From IMG/VR virus record IMGVR_UViG_3300049731_000043, positions 1 to 28,918 of that record: a stretch of 28,918 nucleotides of DNA; one strand, written 5' to 3'. Of the stretch, positions 1 to 6,364 are shown piece by piece. The notes beneath the pieces were generated by a model, which searched no databases, was not told where the DNA came from, and worked only from the letters and a program-made list of their open reading frames with translations. Each line of letters opens with the position of its first letter. Position 1 is the first letter of the stretch. Source of the DNA: a virus. Taxonomy: Duplodnaviria; Caudoviricetes. A program made the translations under genes and the position numbers.

Positions 1-1
1 C

Positions 2-319
2 ATGCGGCAAACGATCCAGCAGCGTGCCGCCGAAGTGCGCCAAGTCGTCGAGCGCGTCCAGCAAGGCTTGCTTGCCGGGCGCGTTCGCATCGTCGTCGGC
101 CAGCAAGGCGGCGTCGCCTTCACTGGTCTTTCCGAGGAGGAGCGCGCGGGGATCACGGACGGCTGCATATATCGCCGCATGATGATCACGGGCTCGGCTC
201 TGACGCGGGCGGCTATCGCTCGCGCCGAGCAACTCGCCGGGCGCTCGATCAACCCACAGACTGTAGCGCAAGGCTTGCACAGCCATGACGGCGGCAAGTC
301 TTGGCACGGACACGATTAG
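2..319 (+). CDS. hypothetical phage protein (possibly 5'-truncated by the window edge)
   Basis: 105-aa ORF with protein-like composition, ending GLHSHDGGKSWHGHD; ATG at position 2, so the true start may lie upstream. Confidence 0.7.
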   Translation: MRQTIQQRAAEVRQVVERVQQGLLAGRVRIVVGQQGGVAFTGLSEEERAGITDGCIYRRMMITGSALTRAAIARAEQLAGRSINPQTVAQGLHSHDGGKSWHGHD

Positions 320-404
320 GAATACCCATGACCGCCATTCTCCGAATCGGCGAGTGTGAGCGTCGATGCCGAAAGGCGGCCTGCGGTGGAGGTCATGGGG
401 CTTC
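320..404 (+). ncRNA. candidate structured RNA or cis-regulatory element
   Basis: Outer stem CCCATGACC (325-333) / GGTCATGGG (391-399) encloses the hairpins CCGA-A-TCGG (342-350) and GCC-GAAA-GGC (368-377, GNRA loop); intergenic. Confidence 0.35.
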
Positions 405-464
405 GCTGTCTATTCCCGTTCAAGGCCGTCGCCCTCACACCCAAATTTTGAAGGAGCCCCACCA

Positions 465-896
465 ATGCCGCTCGCCGTTCCAGCCTCGCCCGAATTGCAG
501 ACCGCCATTCAACGCAAGCCAGCGCACGGCAAGGCTTGCAACAATTGCGGCGCCTGTTGCCTCGCCACGCTTTGCCCGCTCGGCAAGGCGCTATTCCTCC
601 GCGAGCGCGGCCCATGCCCGGCGCTCCTCCGCGCTGGCGCCTCCTATCAATGCGGGCTCGCCGCGCATCCGGCGCGCTTTGTGCCCGGCGCCGTCCAGCG
701 CTTCGGCTCGACCATGCTCTCCGAGGCCGCGCGCTATCTCATCGGCGCGGGCGACGGTTGCGACGCGCGCTTCAATGGCGAGCCGAAGGACGAAGCCTTT
801 GCGCGCGACCTCGACGCGCGCAAGCAAGGCGAGGAGCGACTGTCGCTGATCGCGCAGATCCTATGGGGCGTGCGGGGACTTGAATGGAAACGCTAG
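465..896 (+). CDS. Cys-rich CxxCGxCC protein (putative Fe-S/Zn-chelating, YkgJ/FliB-like)
   Basis: AAGGAG RBS before ATG 465; motif CNNCGACC...CP...CPAL...CGL. Confidence 0.75.
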   Translation: MPLAVPASPELQTAIQRKPAHGKACNNCGACCLATLCPLGKALFLRERGPCPALLRAGASYQCGLAAHPARFVPGAVQRFGSTMLSEAARYLIGAGDGCDARFNGEPKDEAFARDLDARKQGEERLSLIAQILWGVRGLEWKR

Positions 897-1153
897 CGCT
901 ATGCGGAGCCGACGAGAAGCGCTGCGCGCCGACGCGGGTGCACCGCGCGATGCGAACGCCCGACGGCGGCATTCTCACCTTGGAGCCCATTGCAGCCTTT
1001 TGTGAACGCTGCGGCCGATACCGCCGCAAGAAATTGGCGAAGCGCCGCGCGCCAGCGCTCGCCATGTTCAAACCAAACCGGCGCAAGAAGGACAGCTACC
1101 ATGGCAAGAAAGCTAAAGCCCGAGGCGGGCGATACTCACACGGAAGTGCATGA
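884..1153 (+). CDS. small basic hypothetical protein with CxxC
   Basis: GGGGA upstream of ATG 884; CERC motif; overlaps both neighbours (53 nt with the next gene). Confidence 0.35.
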   Translation: METLALCGADEKRCAPTRVHRAMRTPDGGILTLEPIAAFCERCGRYRRKKLAKRRAPALAMFKPNRRKKDSYHGKKAKARGGRYSHGSA

Positions 1154-1985
1154 GATCGCCACGAGCATGCTCGGGGTCTACCTCCTCGGCATCACACCGC
1201 TGGTGCCGCATGCAATGTCGTTCAAGAGCAAGGGACAGTTGCTCTATCCGGCGCCCGCGAAGAATCGAGCGGAGCGGGAGACCTCGCTCAAGCACGATCC
1301 GTTCGAGGAATTCCGCGAGGCGGCGTATCGCTTTCGCGATAAGGACAAGCAGCCGACGCGGCTCTATATGCCCGCCGGTTCTTTCCACGCCGCCATGGCG
1401 TCGGCCGCACTCGATATGGTCGGCGTCAAGAAGTCTCAGATCGGTCGGCTCACCAGCGTGAGCGGCGAGAGGATCGCGGACAAAATCCCGATATTCGGCA
1501 CGCCGCAAATTTGGTGCGTCTCGGTGCGCTCAAGCGACATGGCCCGCACGCCGGACATTCGGACGCTTCCGATCCTCCCGCGCTGGTGCTGCTTCATCAA
1601 CGTGACGCACATCGGCTCGCTGATCTCCGAGCGCTCGATCATGAACCTCCTCGGCGCCGCCGGAGAGATCGTCGGCGTCGGCGACGGGCGACCGGAGAAA
1701 GGCAAGCTTAACAACGGCAAGTTCCGCGTGGTCGATGCCAAGCACCCAATGGTGCAGTCGCTCATGAGAAGCGAAGCCACCAAGGCGCAGGACGCCGGGC
1801 TCGCCTCGCCGGTCTACTACGACGCCGAGACGGAAGCCTTGCTTGAGTGGTTCTCGTCCGAGCGGACCAGCCGCCACGCCAAGCAACCGCACGCGCTCAA
1901 GGCCAGCAAGTCTCGGGGCACGCCGCGAGGCAAGCCGCGCGGCAAGGGCAACGGCGCCGAGGCAGGCGAAGGCGCGCACACCTAA
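1101..1985 (+). CDS. stand-alone Cas7/RAMP-fold-like protein (candidate Vipr-like RNA-guided effector)
   Basis: AAGGA RBS, ATG 1101, 294 aa. RAMP-like motif order: GITPLVPH (strand 1), LYMPAGSFHAAM (P..S.K.A-type helix), and C-terminal Gly-rich loop AGEIVGVGDGRPEKGKLNNGKF. No cas1/cas2/cas5/cas6 in the window. Fold assignment is by motif recognition only. Confidence 0.75.
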   Translation: MARKLKPEAGDTHTEVHEIATSMLGVYLLGITPLVPHAMSFKSKGQLLYPAPAKNRAERETSLKHDPFEEFREAAYRFRDKDKQPTRLYMPAGSFHAAMASAALDMVGVKKSQIGRLTSVSGERIADKIPIFGTPQIWCVSVRSSDMARTPDIRTLPILPRWCCFINVTHIGSLISERSIMNLLGAAGEIVGVGDGRPEKGKLNNGKFRVVDAKHPMVQSLMRSEATKAQDAGLASPVYYDAETEALLEWFSSERTSRHAKQPHALKASKSRGTPRGKPRGKGNGAEAGEGAHT

Positions 1986-1997
1986 GCCCTCACACAA

Positions 1998-2040
1998 AAT
2001 GCTGGCGGCGAGCACCGTGGGGAGCCCGCCGCCAAGCATT
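1998..2040 (+). promoter_or_regulatory. strong intergenic hairpin between the RAMP-like gene and its partner
   Basis: AATGCTGGCGGCG (1998-2010) pairs with CGCCGCCAAGCATT (2027-2040, one bulged A); no U-tract. Confidence 0.5.
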
Positions 2041-2068
2041 CACTACTCAAACTCCGAAGGAGGTAACG

Positions 2069-2548
2069 ATGTCCACTATGAAGACGAAGGTGAAGGTTTT
2101 AAGGCAAATGTTCCGCAACGGCCGGGCGACCGCCGAGCAATTGGTGCGAGAGGCTTCAAAGAAAAGCCACGAGATGCACGACGACTTCGAGTGGGACGAC
2201 CGCAAGGCCGGGCACGCTTATCGAGTCGACCAAGCGCGCAAAATTATCTCGTCGGTCGAGATCATTCTCACCCAGTCGACCAAGGTCATTCGCACCGTTG
2301 CCTATGTGCGCGACCCTTCATGCGCTCCGAAGCAGCAAGGCTATATCTCGGTCGACAAATTAAAGTCGGAGCGAGCGCTCGCTGGTGAGGCGCTCGAAAA
2401 TGAACTCGACCGAGTCATCGCTTGCTATGAGCGCGCCAGCGCCTTTGCTGACGCGCTCGATCTCCGCTCGCAATTCGACGCCGTGCTGCTCTCGGCGGTC
2501 GATCTCCGCTCGCTGATAAAGCGCAAGCGAAAGGTCACGCCGGAATAA
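2069..2548 (+). CDS. conserved phage protein, probable partner of the RAMP-like protein
   Basis: GGAGGT RBS, ATG 2069, 159 aa; motif HDDFEWDDRKAGHAYRVDQARKII matches a recurrent phage family (H..FEWDD..A...YR..QAR..I); lies directly between the RAMP-like gene and the array. Confidence 0.8.
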   Translation: MSTMKTKVKVLRQMFRNGRATAEQLVREASKKSHEMHDDFEWDDRKAGHAYRVDQARKIISSVEIILTQSTKVIRTVAYVRDPSCAPKQQGYISVDKLKSERALAGEALENELDRVIACYERASAFADALDLRSQFDAVLLSAVDLRSLIKRKRKVTPE

Positions 2549-2582
2549 GAAGCGAGCGGGCGCGCCTCATGTCTTCGTCGGC

Positions 2583-3946
2583 AACCAACGCGACTGGTCA
2601 GGACAAGCCAAGCCCGGCTTGGCCGCGTCAAGTCAAGCCAAGCCCAACAAGTCGGGCCGAGCCACGCACGCCCCGTCAAGTCGCGCCACGCCTAACATGC
2701 CCGGTCGCGCCGCGCCGAGCCTTGCCCCGTCTCGTCCCGTCGAGCCAAGTCGTGTCTTGCCGAGCCTCGACTAACGCGTCCGGACTTGCCCAGCCATGTA
2801 GCGTCGCGCCCAGCCGGGCCTTGCCTTGCCACGCCCATCGAGCCGCGCTCCGTCCGGCCGTGCCCTGTCGCGCCAAGCCGAGCCATGTCGCGCCCAACGC
2901 GTCGAGTAGAGCCGTGCCGGGCCGTCGCCGGGAAAAGCCTCGCGATGCCGTGCCGTGCCCAGCCATGCCGAGCCTCGACCGACGAAGCCTTGCCCAGCCT
3001 TGTCATGCTTTGCCGTGTCAGGTTGCGCCATGCCATGCCTCGACCAACGGGTCCGGCCGCGCCATGCTAGGCCGCGCCAAGCCGAGTCCGGACCAACGCG
3101 CTTTGCCAAGTCAGGACGAGTCCGGTCTAGCCTTGCCGGGCCTTGTCAAACGAGCCGACCCGTGTGGAGCCGGGTCAGGGCACGACGAGTGGAGCCATGC
3201 CGTGTCCAACGAGTCCGGTCCCGTCTGGCCGCGCTCTTGCTTGTGCCGAGCCATGCCAAGCCCTGTCGCGTCCAACGAGTCGGGCCGGGCCTTGCATGTT
3301 CGCGCCAAGCCAAGCCCCGCCATGTCATGCCCAACGAGTCTTGCCGTGCCAAGCCGCGCCGCGTCCGGCCCTGCCCCGGGCCGCCCGTACCAACGCGCCG
3401 TGCCTCGCCCAGCCGCGAGGAGTGAAGCCGAGGCCAGCCGCGTCCAACAAGCCGCGCCCTGTCGAGCCGTGCCACGCGGTCCCGAGTCTAGTCCTGACCA
3501 ACGCGCCAAGCCAAGCCAAGCCTCGCCTCGCGCTGTCTTGACCAACAAGCCACGCCGGGCCAAGCCGCGCCGAGCGACGCCCGGCCGGGCCGCGCCTAGA
3601 CCAACGAGCCGAGCGACGCCCCGTCAGGTCGTGCCCTGTGAAGTCCCGCCAAGCCGGGCCGAGCCTCGCCAAGACCAACATGCGGTGCCGTGCGGTGCCC
3701 AGCCGCGCCACGTCTTGCCCGGCCGAGCCGGGACCACCGTGCCGCGTCCCGCTGTGCCGCGCCCCGCCGTGTCCAACAAGACCCGCGAAGCCAAGACAAG
3801 CTGTGCGGAGCCGAGCCTTGTCATGCCATGTCCAACGAGCCTCGCGATGCGATGCCACGCGAAGCCTTGCCGAGTCCCGCCTTGCCCAACATGCAATGTC
3901 GAGACAAGCCGTGCGGAGCCGAGCCTAGTCCTGTCCTGTCCAACGC
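2583..3946. repeat. pentamer-code array 1: 23 units, each a CCAAC delimiter plus (NN-GYC)n
   Basis: 24 CCAAC-like delimiters at 2585, 2644, 2692, 2771, 2835, 2894, 2979, 3044, 3093, 3147, 3206, 3272, 3331, 3390, 3444, 3498, 3542, 3601, 3675, 3734, 3773, 3832, 3886, 3940; 19 of 23 spacings equal 5n+4 (39-79 nt); 5-nt periodic GCC/GTC triplets with variable dinucleotides. Confidence 0.92.
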
Positions 3947-3971
3947 GCCTATCAACCAGTGGAGAATTAAA

Positions 3972-4214
3972 ATGTCAGACGATATCGAGAAGAAGTGGAC
4001 GAAGGTCGCCAGCGACTTGCTACTCAACCGCAAGATCGTCGGCGTCAAATACATCAGTAAAAGTGAAGCGAAGTCCCTCGGCTGGTACGGGCGCTCGCTC
4101 TCGATCACACTCGACAGCGGCTTGGTCGTGTATGCGTCGCAAGACGACGAGGGCAATGGTCCCGGCGCTCTATTCACCACCGCAGAGAAGGCTAGCGTTC
4201 TGCCGGTGCTGTGA
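3972..4214 (+). CDS. small conserved phage protein inserted between the two arrays
   Basis: GGAG RBS, ATG 3972, 80 aa, motif SQDDEGNGPGALF; AT-richer and non-repetitive compared with its flanks. Confidence 0.85.
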   Translation: MSDDIEKKWTKVASDLLLNRKIVGVKYISKSEAKSLGWYGRSLSITLDSGLVVYASQDDEGNGPGALFTTAEKASVLPVL

Positions 4215-4695
4215 CCAACAAGACCCGCGAAGCCACGCCAAGCCGGGCCGAGCCAAGACCAACGCGCCATGCCAAGCCGCGCGATGTCCGGTCGTGCAAT
4301 GCCGGGCCAAGCCCTGCCTCTTCCAACGGGCCGAGCCGCGCCGAGCCGAGTTGGTTGCGCCATGCCGCGTCAAGCCCAACGTGCCTGCCTTGCCGGGCCT
4401 CGACCGGTCAAGTCACGCCCAGCCGGGACCAACAGGTTGCGCCGTGCCCCGTCTCGTCCCGTCGAGCCAAGTCCAACATGCCCCGCCGTGCCCGGTTAAG
4501 CCCCGTCGGGCAACGCCCAGCCGAGCCTTGCCGTGCCCGGCCCAACGTGCCGCGTCCGGCCATGCCAAGTCAGGTCGCAGCCGAGCCCGGCCCAACTTGC
4601 CGTGCCACGCCTTGCCCGGCCGAGCCCTGTCAAGACCAACGGCGCCGGGCCGTGCCCTGTCATGCCCTGCCCTGCCGAGACGCGTCAGGACCGCC
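4213..4695. repeat. pentamer-code array 2: about 9 units, same grammar as array 1
   Basis: CCAAC at 4215, 4259, 4323, 4376, 4429, 4473, 4542, 4592, 4636; GCC/GTC-NN periodicity; ends just before ATG 4697. Confidence 0.9.
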
Positions 4696-4696
4696 A

Positions 4697-5080
4697 ATGT
4701 CGAGAAAGCGAAAGTATGTCCGCATGCCCGAGCGGCTCGCCGCCGCTCTCGCATGCTTGCTCACGCAAGAGGAGCGCGACGCGCTTCGAGCGAGGAGAGC
4801 GCCAGCACGCGAAGTGCTCGCGCTTTTCACCTTCGATCACATCGCGCTCCATGCGTGGGGCGGATCGGATCGCTGGCACAACCTCGATCCAAAGCGCCGC
4901 GGTCTCGCGCTCAAGAAAAAAGACGCGGCCGATACCAGCCGCGCATTCAAAGCAAAGCGCATCGAAGAAAAGTGGAGTGCGTTCACCCGCGCAATGGCGC
5001 GCGGGAAAAAACCCAAACGAAAGGACAGCCAATGGCACCGCAACAAGCGCCGCCCGAATACGCCGACGAAATACATCTAG
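4697..5080 (+). CDS. HNH endonuclease-like protein (possibly degenerate)
   Basis: 127 aa from ATG 4697; FDHIALHAWGGSDRWHNL matches the first half of the HNH motif; the usual downstream CxxCH is absent; basic C-terminus. Confidence 0.65.
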   Translation: MSRKRKYVRMPERLAAALACLLTQEERDALRARRAPAREVLALFTFDHIALHAWGGSDRWHNLDPKRRGLALKKKDAADTSRAFKAKRIEEKWSAFTRAMARGKKPKRKDSQWHRNKRRPNTPTKYI

Positions 5081-5238
5081 GCGATGGACTCTACTGCGCT
5101 CTCAATATGTTCGGACAAATCCGGCTCCGCGCGCCTCGCGGCGAGGGTGACCACATTTGCTATTTGGAGCCGGAGGTTCTCGCAAGCTTCCTCGACTGGT
5201 GCATTCACAAGAACCTCATCAAAGGATTTGACCAGTGA
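5032..5238 (+). CDS. small phage protein (HLGDGLY family)
   Basis: AAGGA RBS, ATG 5032, 68 aa; the real C-terminal part of the spurious 889-aa ORF. Confidence 0.75.
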   Translation: MAPQQAPPEYADEIHLGDGLYCALNMFGQIRLRAPRGEGDHICYLEPEVLASFLDWCIHKNLIKGFDQ

Positions 5239-5423
5239 GCCCCAACAAACCCGACGCGGAAGTCCATCTAGGCGAAGGCGTCTATGCGTCATGGTCAGGC
5301 AATGAGTTGCGCCTGATGTGGCGGCATCGCGTCAACAGCGCGAACCGCATCACGGTCTATATCCCGGCGAGCGGCGCGGCGATCCTCGCGGCTTGGCTTG
5401 AACTCACGCGAGGCAAGCAATGA
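5235..5423 (+). CDS. small phage protein, paralog of 5032-5238
   Basis: GTGA overlap with the previous gene; EVHLGEGVYASW vs EIHLGDGLYCAL. Confidence 0.7.
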   Translation: MSPNKPDAEVHLGEGVYASWSGNELRLMWRHRVNSANRITVYIPASGAAILAAWLELTRGKQ

Positions 5424-6364
5424 TCGAAACCCTCGTATGGCATCAGGACATCGGCGCGATCTCCGCGCCGATGATCCTCAAGGACGTGCCCATTGATATC
5501 TACCATGGGCAATGTTGCGCCGGGCCGAGCGTTAGCTCCACCAACTTGCGCCGCATCTTTGAAGCGAACGGCGGCTCGCCCGCGCATTGCTTCTCCGAAT
5601 GGAGCGGCAACCCGCGCAAGGCGGAGAGCGAGGACGAGGAGCGCGAGCACTTCGTGACCGGCCGCGCTGTTCACCATTTGCTCCTCGGGCAGCAAGCCTT
5701 CTCGGCGCACTTCGCTATCCGGCCCGAGAAGCGCTGGACAAGCTGGCGCACCGACGACTCGAAGAAATGGCGCGCGGCGCAAGAGGCGGCCGGGCGCTCA
5801 TGCCTCACCGAGACGGTGGTAAAGGACATTATCGGCATGGCGAAAAGCTTGGCCGCCGACCCGACCGTTCGGCGTGGCTTGCTCGGCGGCAAGATCGAGC
5901 GCTCGATATTTTGGTTCGATAAGGAGTCGGGCCTTTGGTGCAAGGTCCGCCCCGACGCCATCCCAACCGATAGCGGGGACTTCGCCGATCTCAAGACGAC
6001 GACCAGCGTTCAATACGGCAACCTCGCGCGCGCTGTGCGCGAGCATGCCTACCACCAGCAAGCCGCGCTGGTGTTCGAGGCGGCGACGCTGGTGCTCGGC
6101 ATTCCAGCGGCGGCCTTCTCCTTCACCTTTTGCTTCGTCGAGAAGAAGCCGCCCTACTCGGTGCGACAAGTCGCGCTCAAGGCCGAAGACCTGGCCCTCG
6201 GCGTGAAGCTAAACCGCGCCGCCCGGCTCCGCTTCGCTTCATGCTTGAAGCAAGGGCGCTGGCCCGGTCCCGGCGACGGGCACATTGTCAACATCGACCT
6301 CGGCGACCGCTATCGCGGTGAGGCCGTGAGCGCGGCCGATCAAATTTTCAGAGGAGGAGAATGA
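5420..6364 (+). CDS. recE: RecE/exonuclease VIII-like PD-(D/E)XK nuclease (DUF3799-like)
   Basis: YH...VSSTNL, GRAVHHLLL, IERSIFW, CKVRPD, ADLKTT, YHQQAA, FCFVEKKPPY. Confidence 0.9.
   Translation: MIETLVWHQDIGAISAPMILKDVPIDIYHGQCCAGPSVSSTNLRRIFEANGGSPAHCFSEWSGNPRKAESEDEEREHFVTGRAVHHLLLGQQAFSAHFAIRPEKRWTSWRTDDSKKWRAAQEAAGRSCLTETVVKDIIGMAKSLAADPTVRRGLLGGKIERSIFWFDKESGLWCKVRPDAIPTDSGDFADLKTTTSVQYGNLARAVREHAYHQQAALVFEAATLVLGIPAAAFSFTFCFVEKKPPYSVRQVALKAEDLALGVKLNRAARLRFASCLKQGRWPGPGDGHIVNIDLGDRYRGEAVSAADQIFRGGE

Noticed and set aside
990-1100. Longer ORF-track starts for several genes (990, 1847, 3690, 4211, 7221, 9296)
   Set aside because: The extensions overlap upstream genes or repeats, and downstream ATGs mostly have clear RBS motifs or coupling to the previous gene.
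2585-4690. Self-targeting of genes in this window by decoded units
   Set aside because: By-eye comparison of decoded strings with the listed proteins found no convincing match; this was not exhaustive and needs a computed gapped search.
2583-4695. Canonical CRISPR array
   Set aside because: No 23-50-nt direct repeat with unique spacers; the constant elements are only a 5-nt delimiter and 3-nt triplets; no cas1/cas2.
2583-4695. Simple minisatellite or replication-origin iterons
   Set aside because: The dinucleotides are not homogenised, units are unique and delimited, the region is GC-rich, and there is no adjacent initiator gene or AT-rich unwinding element.
2583-4695. Diversity-generating retroelement or retron
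   Set aside because: No reverse transcriptase in the window and no template/variable repeat pair with adenine-specific differences.
2569-5238. 889-aa ORF and the many overlapping Arg/Pro/Ala/Cys-rich ORFs on both strands
   Set aside because: Translation products of the GCC-NN pentamer scaffold, which rarely creates stops. The frame crosses real genes in other frames, and only its last 68 codons (5032-5238) look like a real protein.
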